Assembly (NCBI GenBank): GCA_001655205.1
Contig: LPNZ01008340.1
Coordinates: forward strand, 1-44,800
From: Lenisia limosa
Lineage: Eukaryota; Protista; Breviatea
Direction of reading: 5' to 3'
DNA: 44,800 bases
Both the position numbers and the translations under genes were made by a program. The stretch's first letter is position 1. Each line of letters opens with the position of its first letter. This document shows, piece by piece, positions 28,967 to 39,028 of this stretch. Below the pieces are notes generated by a model. The model saw only the letters and a list, made by a program, of their open reading frames with translations, did not search any database and was not told the origin of the DNA.

Positions 28967-30434
28967 ATGGTATTCACAGATTTCGTAAATCCTTAGACTT
29001 ACATATTAGATTCGAAGACATGCTCGTTTACGTCGTGAGTACATTTTTAGAAAGGGTTTAGAAGGATCTGAGCGAGAAGAGTATGAAAAGAAAGCCAAGC
29101 TCAAGGCAGCTCTTGATAGTATGCACAGCAGTCTTCTATGCCTAAATTTATGTTATAATTGCAAATATAACACATTCAGAGGGAGTGACGGTCCCAACTG
29201 AGCTTATTACGGAAGCACGTTCTCTCAAGGAGAAAATCGACCAAGAAGATGAAGGCCATGAAGGTAGTTGGAAAGAAGCTTACAAGAAGCTTCTAGTTTT
29301 TAATTCTCTAATTTATTTATTTAAAGGTATTTTGTTATAAATAAATGACCCTGTTAGCCTTTGGCTTGTCTTGTGTTGAAATCAATCAGTCTTCTCGCCT
29401 GACCTTTTAGATATGTTGAAGATGCAAGATTATGAATACTCCCGTGCTGGTGTGAGTGACCCGGCTATTCTTATCACAACCTCACGCGACCCCTCTTCCA
29501 AACTCTCTCAATTTGCCAAAGAGGTTTGCTGGATGCTCTACCTGTCATTACAAGGCAAAAACTGAGAAAGTGTAACTCCACAGGTTAAGCTTCTCTTCCC
29601 TACATCTCAACGCATGAACCGTGGTAGCATGATCACCAAGGACCTTGTGGAAGCCTCTCGTCGGAATGGCTTTACTGACATCATTGTCCTCCATGAGCAT
29701 CGTGGTNNNNNNNNNNNNNNNNNNNNNNNNNNNNNNNNNNNNNNNNNNNNNNNNNNNNNNNNNNNNNNNNNNNNNNNNNNNNNNNNNNNNNNNNNNNNNN
29801 NNNNNNNNNNNNNNNNNNNNNNNNNNNNNNNNNNNNNNNNNNNNNNNNNNNNNNNNNNNNNNNNNNNNNNNNNNNNNNNNNNNNNNNNNNNNNNNNNNNN
29901 NNNNNNNNNNNNNNNNNNNNNNNNNAAAAGATGTCAGAAGCTTTCCCCCACTTGGTTTTCCACAACTTCGAAACTAAACTTGGGGAAAGAGTGAGGGGCA
30001 GGGGGTCTCCTATTTCATATGATATATACTACTAGTATATATAATGACGTTTTAGGTACGAGATATCCTTAAGTTCCTTTATCCAGTCCCCAAACCTGAC
30101 ACCAAGAGAACAATGTCCTTTGTAAACAGAGACGACAAAATATCATTTAGGTATGTTTTTATCTTATGTATTGTTTCTCCAACATAGCTCACTCTTTCAG
30201 ACATCATAACCACAAAATGGTATCTGGTGAAATTGAGCTGAAGGAGTGTGGACCTCGTTTCGATCTCAATGTGTACCAGGTGTGTTTATTTTCCTTTCTG
30301 AAGTATCGATCATTCTTCTTCTTAGCTTTGTGATAATTCAGATTAAACTTGGAACATTGGACCAGAACCATGCTGAGAATGAGTGGGTATTGAGACCGTA
30401 TATGAACTCCGCCAAAAAACGTCGGGTGCTTTAG
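28967..30434 (+). CDS. IMP4: U3 snoRNP protein IMP4 (Brix domain)
   Basis: M|[101 protein letters not shown]. An N-gap covers 29707-29925. Confidence 0.96.
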
Positions 30435-30550
30435 AGGTTATGTTTGCTGTTTCTTTTTCTAGGTATCTAATTCACGTCTATTTCCATTTCCTTATTTTGA
30501 AAAAGTGCATTTTAAATATTAAATAACAAGAAATGGGAAGATTGAGATGC

Positions 30551-33500
30551 CTATTTGCTGGTATGAGGCTCGAAAGCGACAATAGCAGCTACTACTCCCA
30601 GGCTTTCAACAGACTCGTAAAGAGGGCTGTGTAGTGAGAATTGTTTGGTTTTAAACAAGATTAATAATGCAAGGTGCGTACCAGTCTTTATTCACTTGGA
30701 TGATTTTGAGATCAGGTCTTATTTTTGAGGCACGGAGAAGGTCCCCTGTTAAAAATGGTCATCAAGTATCCAACTAAGAACTGAAAAAGTCGGACCCACC
30801 TTTTGTTCGGAAGCCAATTACGGTCACAGCCTGGCCATCCTGGACAGAGATAACGTAAATCCAACAGAATCCCAACCTTCAGAGGATTGACGTAATCTTG
30901 AGCACATTCTAGAGATGAGGATACGTCTTCTGAAAAGTAAGAGAAAGTATGAATGTCAGGATACTACTGAAGTATCACCTCACCAGGTTTCGGATGAGAA
31001 GCAGGGTCAACAACAGCCCAGCATGTTGCTAAATGAGACGAACCAACAGAGTACACCTTGATGTCAGTTTTAGCATTGAAACAATCTTTTTGATAAATAT
31101 CATGATATTATGAAATAACAGCCGTACCCCACTTACATGCATGTTATTGATGTAATATGTTGCTTGCTGGATACGAGCTTCTCTCAAAAAGTTTTGATTT
31201 TGAGAGAAAAGGGCTGAACGGAGGAAGACAAGGTTGGGATCCTGAAAGGTAAAACACGCCAGCATTTTCCCCTGCATTCATATGATTCTTGTCTGCAAAA
31301 CTGAGCTCTTATTTGGTTTCCCAGGAGGTTTCATGGATATGCTGCACCAAAACTATTTACTGAATCATCTTACAGGAATAGTGGTTGTATCGATCATTTG
31401 GCCATGATTTTGGGCAGTGGTACAGAGGGCTTTCGACTCCTTGTCTTCGGGTTCATTGATAGTCTGTCAAGTTAGAAACAACAGATTACAAGAACTCATT
31501 TGCACACTACCCCCCCTCTCAGACAATTGCAAGATCCCAGCTAACTTTGCCAGCCACAAGAATTCCATCCATCGAATCGGTATACAGGGCTGGGAGGGTG
31601 AGGTATGAAGGTAGTACAAAACAAGCCAAAAGAGCCAAAAGAGGCCGACCAGAGTTGATTGGTAAGCACACGTCAGCATCCAGTCCCTTGACTGCCGCGT
31701 ATAACGCACGCATTCCGAGAATATGGGACACCCATGAGTGAGTAGCAGATCTCACCTTGACATCATAAGAGGTTTCATCTTTCAATGAAGACATGACAAT
31801 GACACACTAATCTTACTTCATCAGAAGGATGCACAGATGACGCTTCCGACGTTTGAGGAATCTCAAATTGCCCATACATAAGTTGTCTTATCAACTAAAT
31901 GGTTAGGCATGAAAATACTATTGGCATATGAGCCCCCTACTTTGTTTTCAGCTGCGTTCTTCTGGCTGGGTTTGGTGTACATTGACCCCAGATAAATGTT
32001 CCTGGGCCAATGTGTGGGCGTCAGATTGAACTGGGGAAGACGGCCTGCAGAGAACACCAAAGGCACTACAGTGTAAATTGAGTCAGAGTCAACGGTTCTG
32101 ATTGCCAGCTCACAAATCAAATTGGCCTTGACCGAATGGGTTGCGAAGTCCAAGGAGGCTTCACACGGTGTCTTGAATGTAAAAATACCTTTCCGTTGCC
32201 CCTTTACCTTCTCAGTTTGGGAAAAACTAATTCCAGTAGGATACTCGCTCACAATATCAACATCTGAATTGTAACCAAAAGTCTGACTCACTGTTTTTCT
32301 TGAAGGCCTTGCTGATGATGGAAGTCATCACATGAGGATAATGGTGTAGAATTCCTTGTGGACCGCAAATCTAGTGATAAATACAATGTGAATCAAACCA
32401 CTATTTATTGTCTCAACAATATCACACTATGAGGGTACTCAAAGCTCTGGATATCATTTAAAATTTACTGGTCACATCAAACTTCCAAGACAGCTTGAAG
32501 TTGACCCCTTTTATAAGCTAATGCAAGTGTATTTTGAAAAACGGCTCGACATGTTTGGCAGTATCAGAGAGCTTAGACACTTAGTTTGGTTTTGACCCGA
32601 CAATATGTGAAATTGGCGTTTTATCCTGTGATGAAGATTCAATTACTTTCGAAAACCAATGGGTTTATGGTGATTTTTATGGAAAACTCAGGCTGTCAGG
32701 GAGTTTTGATTTTAAATGATGTTCGTAGATTTGACTATATTACATTAATATATAAATAGGGCCTCACTCCGGTATAAAAAAGATCAACTTTCAAATTATA
32801 TCGATGATTTAGGGATCGGAGTGAAGCCCTATAATATACTAGTATTTGATAGTATACAATTAGCTATATATTATTAATACATATGACACAATAAAATTAC
32901 TATGTTACAATGATATTATTAATTGATTTTATTAATTTACGCTTACCATTGTGATATTGGCTTTGAATGGACTTTCAAAGGCTACAGGTGTGAGTATCGG
33001 TTTCAAAAAACCAACTTCGTGAGAGGAGGGCAGAAGCATGGATGACAGCATTCTCTGAGCTTCCAAGAATAGCGATTCTGTGTTCCCTCTAAACAGTGAA
33101 CCACATTTCAAGAAAGAAAAGATGCATCAGCTAGGTGCAAGTTAAATGGGATATCAGGATCTAATGTCTTCCCAACAATCCTAAAGAAGACAGTGATGAG
33201 CGAATTTTATCAAAAATTTAAAGAAAAATATTGCCAAAAATGATAGTAGCATAAAAAACAACTGAAATCACAGAAATACTCGCTTACTTCCGCCCTTACA
33301 TGTTGTCATCACCCTCAAGAACCTCAAGGCAATCCAACATAAATATTAATCCATAACCCAACAACCTGCTTCGAGAGTCTTGCACAAAGTCGGGCAGTGT
33401 CAGAAAACCCTGTAAGAGGGAACCACACTGAGTTGGGAATCTAAATGGTATAAGGGCCCGCGAAGGGCAAACCTTTTTGGGAAGGTTGAATTTGGAAGTG

Positions 33501-35416
33501 TTCAAACGAGGAGACGGAGCAAGGATCAGCTACAGTGTTACAATAAGACACGTCAGTTGTCCAACTTTGTCATAGGGGACAACAGTTCCATCTTGCATCA
33601 AGACATGATTATTGGTGTGGTCAATGGACTACATGGTTAGAGACATAACATGGGAAAGAAAATATTGGTAAAGGCTTTTAAAATACCTTAACAACTGCGT
33701 TGTTTTCAATTGTACTGTAAGCTGCAGCAAGGGGAAGAAGCCTGCAAATATTACAAATGAAGTGTACTAATACTACAGAAAAAAACGTACCATCCCATCA
33801 TCAAGTACTAACTCAGATCTCTATTATTCCAAGTACCCATACCTCCTTCTAATATAGGATGACCCCTTTCCAGCAAGAGGCTCTCTAAAGTGGTAAAACA
33901 GAACAAGCCACCATGGCAACGTACCCATCAATGATAGGTTGCAGGATGTTGGACGGAACGGCAGGTCCGTTTTTTTGAGCTGAGAGGCAGAGAACTGAAA
34001 ATGGTACTTCCTTCTGAAAGTGTAAAGTATCTTTCAAGCCTGGCATTTCTTGTTCACCAGAAAATAGTCTAAAATGAAAGCGACCTTCCAAAAAGCATTG
34101 CATTTGTTTCCGTCATACTTGGTAATCAGGATACTGGTGACAGGTGGCCCCGACTGCAGAATCTCCATCTCCAATCACAACAATTCGACAGCTCTGGAAT
34201 ATCAAAGTTGTATAACAAAAATATGCATCCATGGTTTTTCTATATTACACGGTCCATGAGTATCCGACGACCAATCATTCCATACTGCCTAATCTGGCTT
34301 ATTATTATGTTTTAATGTAGAGATTCCTCATCACTTCCTCCTACCGATTCAGACGAAATTGGCTTATCAACTGTCTTTGTGTCTTCCTGTGGTTCTTCCA
34401 GGGTTGCTGGAGTAGAAGAATCCTTTGGAGTAATGAGGAAAATATTTAAGTTGAAAAGAAAACAATAAAACGCAGAAACAGGAGGAGGCCACAAGGATTG
34501 TTCCTACACTTTGTGGTTCTTCAGTTGACTGTCCGATTGTACTTTCATGCGCATCCTTCAACATCAACAAGGATATATACACCTTAAAAAGGACCAAACA
34601 TGTACATACTTTAATAGGGTTGGTGTGTTCGCCTAAGACAGTTTCTGTTGTTTTGACTGCGTCAACGTCTACCAAGTCAAGTCAGACGAAACTTCTCTTC
34701 CAAGCCAAGTCAAGTCAGACATCTACTGAAACTTCTCTTCCAGGTATCCAGCAAACCTTCAGCTAAGGTCGGTCGAGTCTTCCAAGCCCAAAGTCCAACA
34801 GCTGCGGTGGCCACACCAAAGGTTGGAACAAGAATTCGCCAGGCCTCGTAGCCCGAAACAGCATCTTTACCAGCAAATCCAAACACCTGCAAAAGTAAAC
34901 ATGCGGTGAATAGACTCCATTCCACCTTGAAACAGGTTGAAAATCATAACAAAACATGACATATGGTGTGTCCAAAAGGGGTATGTCCTCAATAATTCAA
35001 CAACAAGAGCCATATTAATAACCAATGATGTACGCCTCGGTGGTTGCCAACCTTCTTCCATCCTCGATGCTGCTGGTCAACAATTAAATTGGTCAGCTCT
35101 GTTTCTGCCATATTACGAGACAGGCGCTCACCAGCCTCCTCGAAAACACGACTTCCCTGAGCATGGTCATGCTTCTTTCGTGTCCCGTTTGGGCAGGAAA
35201 TGAACCCCATTCGTGCAATTATGAGGAATTGCGAAGAGTCAGAGAGTAGTGATTATTTCTGTCGTTCATAAATAACTCAAGCCCCATCCCATGATGGAAC
35301 AATAAAGCGAGACAATCAGAAAAGCAACGCCCCCCCCCCCACCTCCTTTACTTTGCTCTTGATAGCATCCGTCCCAATTCTTCTAACCACCTGTGAGGCC
35401 CGGCTTAGCCTCAACA
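30551..35416 (-). CDS. Divergent apoptosis-inducing-factor (AIF)-like mitochondrial flavoprotein
   Basis: Architecture: Arg-rich presequence (MLRLSRASQVVRRIG, or an alternative start at 35170), TM segment ILVPTFGVATAAVGLWAW, acidic linker, then RIVVIGDGDSAVGA, VVKSIDHTNNHVLMQDGTVVPYDKLILAP (cf. AIF VV.LD..dn.V.L.DG..I.YeKcLIAT), HRIAILGSSENAVIHASAL, ICGPQGILHHYPHVMTSIISKAF and GENAGVFYL. Some internal junctions are unresolved. Confidence 0.7.
32392..32719 (+). pseudogene. Coding-like two-exon remnant antisense inside the long AIF-like intron
   Basis: Open frame ...HYEGTQSSGYHLKFTGHIKLPRQLEVDPFYKLMQ, then GT 32527 ... AG 32584, then FGFDPTICEIGVLSCDEDSITFENQWVYGDFYGKLRLSGSFDFK-TGA (32717-32719). 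No start codon found. Confidence 0.35.
32759..32829. mobile_element. 71-bp MITE-like element with 13-bp terminal inverted repeats flanked by TA
   Basis: TA|GGGCCTCACTCCG ... CGGAGTGAAGCCC|TA, one mismatch between arms, AT-rich non-coding interior, in intron 32371-32946. Confidence 0.5.
34672..34742. repeat. Imperfect tandem duplication (~31 bp, 7-nt indel) making up most of an AIF-like intron
   Basis: ccaagtcaagtcagac-gaaacttctcttcca at 34672-34702 and ccaagtcaagtcagac-atctact-gaaacttctcttcca at 34705-34742. Confidence 0.85.
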
Positions 35417-35800
35417 TCTTACTGAGGACAGGGCAGGATTGTGTGGCAGGTTGGTGAGTGTTAATTGTTATTGTTGAGCACCTTCCTTCTTTTCGCCTTC
35501 TTTATTAGCCAAGTATGATTAGTTAGTTAGTTAGTTCACCTCTCAACTTCTTTCGGGATTGGTGGCAAAGGCCAGTGGGTGGTTGGTGGTGGCCCCACTT
35601 CAGCAGTTGGTTCGGAGTTGTGGCAGTTGCAATTGAATTGTGGGGTTGTGATTTTTTTTTTATTTCTCATGTTTTCATTTTCTATTTTATAACTGTCTAA
35701 CGTGAAATATAACTCACATGCAATGTAATTTGGTACACATTCGTCTTCAGGTCAAATTGTTGGAACAAATGCTCTATTACCTCAATTGATACCATAAACC

Positions 35801-37492
35801 TTATTCTTCGCTGGTGGAAGGCTTCTTTACCTGATTCTTCTTTGGGTGCTTGTTTTTCTTTTTGAAAGAAATAGGTCGTCCTTAATAATAAACAAATGTA
35901 GACGAATTCTCACCTTCAGCATCAACACGCCCGCCTTTCACACCGCTTTGTGCTTCTTCTTTTGTTAAAACCTAAAAAGAAATAAGATGTACCCAAAAAA
36001 GACTAAATATACTGATATAGTATGATTGAATACAACTTACTATGTGTTTAACGATAATAAACATTCCCAAAGGTTACCTATTGCGTTTACTTCGCTCAAA
36101 AATGATACAAGCCAAACACCCAAAGCCGGAGTTAACATAATTCTTCCAAACTCTGACAAAACACCTATTGTTGCGATACTTACAAGAAAATGACAAAAAA
36201 AAAAAAAGTCATACAATGCTAAAACACAAGAAAAGTAGAAAAATAATTATGATGACGAATGAAAAAACAGTTAAAGGGCTGAAATGGAGTACTATTTAGC
36301 CCTACCTTGAGATAAGATGGCTTCTGTTCAAGTGTTCGAGTGTCTTTTCTGATATTCTTCTGCTTCGACCGTTTCTTCTACAACCAGTCAGACTCATTGG
36401 TGGCCTTATTAAGAGACATGTACGCTCACCGTCTTCTTCCAAGGTTTCTTTGTACTTTGTTCCTCTTTCTTTTCTTCATCTTCTTTCTTTTCTTCCTTCT
36501 TATCAGTCACTTCTTCAGATTTTTCAGCCTTTATCTTTTTCTCAGCCTCTCTTGCTTTTTTCTCTTCCCTAAGCCTCTTCCTCTTTTCTTTCTTCAAATC
36601 TTGTTTTCCTTGTTCAATGAGAATGTCATCCTTCAGTCCACGTGCCCTATAAAAAAGTAAGAGGATTCTTGCAATAATTCAATAAAATGTCACGGCAAAG
36701 AGTAGATGCAATAGTATCAATCTCATATGATATATGACATTATGCGTATAAAACTCTGATACTATGCTGATTAAGACAACCTACGTTTTGAGTGCCTTAG
36801 GTTTAGCGCCCTTTTGGTCATTTTCCTCTTCAGTCTTCTCCATTTCAGCTTTTTGGAGAGCCAGTGTCTCTTCTTTCTCTATCTTTTTGGCCTTTTGCCT
36901 CTTCAAGTCTTTTTCAAGACTCTTCGCTACGAGGTGATGATCATTTGGTATTCACTGAGATAAACTACATTTGCTAAAAATAGTAGATTGTCATGTGTTG
37001 CCCCCATTCCTACTAAAAGCGGTTTTCTCATGAACCTCCATTGCTTTTTGGTGGGACAAATAACTCGCACCAACACCAAGTCTACGCGCCATCAAAGATA
37101 CAACCAGAAACACCACTCTCAGTTGAACAGATGTTAAGTGCCCAACAAAACAGAACAGTTTCCACTCACCTTGTTGGCCTTGATTCAGGGGTTTCACCTG
37201 CATCCTCAAATACTGTCTGAGGAGTAAGATCAGCAGGTCATGGTTATATCCAACACAGTCAAGCATAATGTATCAAATAGATGTATGGGGGGGGGGGGAA
37301 GAATANNNNNNNNNNNNNNNNNNNNNNNNNNNNNNNNNNNNNNNNNNNNNNNNNNNNNNNNNNNNNNNNNNNNNNNNNNNNNNNNNNNNNNNTCTTTGCC
37401 TCTGAGTCCTTATTGATCCATGATAACGCAAAGTCAAAGGCATCATCTTCCTCTTCTTCCATCTGCTGACTGTTTTCGATCTTCTTACTCAT
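35801..37492 (-). CDS. Lys/Glu-rich, probably nucleolar protein of unknown function
   Basis: MSKKIENSQQMEEEEDDAFDFALSWINK..., ESRPTRLGVGASYLSH (RP.RLGlGA-type motif), a long K/E-rich exon and KKTKKRSKQKNIRKDTRTLEQKPSYL. Stop TAA at 35801-35803. Confidence 0.7.
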
Positions 37493-37600
37493 GTCGCTCT
37501 GGGGGCGGCTAAGTTAATTTCCATACAATAAAAATACACAACACACTCTACCTCATACAATCATAGCCCAAGCTACCAACCCATCACACACCCCTCTCCC

Positions 37601-37630
37601 CACACACACACAGAGAGAGAGAGACAGAGA
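37601..37630. repeat. Compound (CA)n(GA)n microsatellite in a divergent promoter region
   Basis: cacacacacacagagagagagagacagaga. Confidence 0.8.
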
Positions 37631-37729
37631 GACCCAGGCCACAAAAAACACCCTCGATTCCAGAACATGTAAAGTCCACTGGGTCACCTTTCCCTCCTAT
37701 ATCAGTGTACTCTTACCCTCACACTTGTT

Positions 37730-39010
37730 TAGTGCAGTTGTGTTGTTACAATCACTTCGCTTGACGTCGACTGATCGGCTTGAAGAACAATATAGAAAGT
37801 AAAGTTTCTTTCCTTTCTTTCTCTACAACTCTACAATAAAGTTTCTTCTTTGAAGCTTTTTTTTTNNNNNNNNNNNNNNNNNNNNNNNNNNNNNNNNNNN
37901 NNNNNNNNNNNNNNNNNNNNNNNNNNNNNNNNNNNNNNNNNNNNNNNNNNNNNNNNNNNNNNNNNNNNNNNNNNNNNNNNNNNNNNNNNNNNNNNNNNNN
38001 GGGGAAAAGAAAGGTAGAAAGGGCGGAAGGAATTTTTTGATCTAGTGATCACCACTCGTTCTCCTTTTTCCATAATCCCATGTAATATCCAGTATCCATT
38101 AATAAATAAATATATATAGATATAGATATATAGCACATATATAGACACATATAGACACACAAGGAATTTATCGAAAAGAAATGAGTTGGACTTTTCTAGT
38201 TTTACTCCTTTCGTCTTTGATACCCTTGACATGCTCCTATGTCTCAGCACCAATTGTGTATGTTTTGGGGTTGAGCTGGGGTGGGAGGAGATATATACAG
38301 TGACTGTGGAAGTTGAACATCATGATTAGATATCCTCCCAAAATCTGTCAAGACATTCCACTTTCACTGTACCTTTGATATAGCTACTCTTAAAGAGTGT
38401 GTACGCAATTGCTATTTTGATGCTCATTAATTAGGATGGGCCATGACAATTTGGCGCAAATTCTTCTGAGGCCTGCAACACTACCCGAGCATGCCACTTC
38501 AAAAGTGGGTTGAAATTCTCTTGGGTGCAAACCATCCATATCTGCTTGAGATCTCATTCTTTTTAGCAAGAACTTGATGCTGTGAAGTACCGTTGGAGGG
38601 AAGTTGGGTGTTTCGATTTTTTTTTCTTGATAACGAGAATGTAAGAATCTCATAACCTCCAGAGTTGTCCTGCCTTACTGGACCGTCGGTACCTGAGGGA
38701 TTGTCAGTCAGTGTTAGCAATATTATCTTAACACACGAAGGCACCGTAGCTGACTTGGCTATATCTGTGGGGGCTGGCTTGGCTATATCTGTGGGGGCTG
38801 ACTTGGCTATATCTGTGGGGGCTGGCTTGGCTATATCTGTGGATGACTGCAATTAACTGTGTTGTTATCTTCTAGTAAGATTATTGAAAACATTTCTTCT
38901 ATTTGTAACAACTATTTAAAAATATATGTGCTATGTATTACCCACTTGTATTATTGGTCACATACTAGGACTTGTTGGGGGCTGACTTGGCTATATCTTT
39001 TGGCTGGTAG
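37730..39010 (+). CDS. Hypothetical multi-exon protein ending in ADLAISVG/AGLAISVG repeats; start and end uncertain
   Basis: Six consecutive phase-consistent introns (donors 38082, 38256, 38397, 38505, 38603, 38689) give ...HNPMNLSKRNELDFSSFTPFVFDTLDMLLCLSTNYILPKSVKTFHFHCTFDIATLKEMGHDNLAQILLRPATLPEHATSKQELDAVKYRWRESCPALLDRRNIILTHEGTVADLAISVG... The stop is at 38856 if unspliced or 39010 if spliced. Confidence 0.5.
38749..38844. repeat. 24-bp tandem repeat x4 with alternating variants, plus an orphan fifth copy at ~38977-38998
   Basis: gctgacttggctatatctgtgggg / gctggcttggctatatctgtgggg alternate A-B-A-B. The orphan copy reads ggggctgacttggctatatct. Confidence 0.95.
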
Positions 39011-39028
39011 ATTAAAGCTAACTTCAAG

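Noticed and set aside
35518-35537. (TTAG)4 run as a telomere-like seed
   Set aside because: Only four units, internal and not a recognised telomere repeat; an ordinary microsatellite.
38164-38400. Faint resemblance of the hypothetical protein to the C-terminal half of MCM-binding protein
   Set aside because: The similarity is weak and from memory, and the locus is too short for a full MCMBP. An HMM search would be needed.
38749-38844. TGA/TGG alternation in one frame of the repeat (xLGYICGG), hinting at TGA=Trp recoding
   Set aside because: All Trp codons in the conserved genes I decoded (HSP70, IMP4, KLHDC4, Gemin5) are TGG, and I found no in-frame TGA in conserved exons.
38749-38998. 24-bp repeats as a CRISPR-like array
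   Set aside because: The units are directly adjacent with no unique spacers, there are no cas genes, and the context is eukaryotic and intron-rich.
39008-39010. TAG sitting in frame between two protein-like segments, hinting at TAG readthrough or reassignment
   Set aside because: IMP4 ends with TAG at the conserved C-terminal position, and other genes also stop at TAG. An acceptor at 39028 explains the downstream segment.
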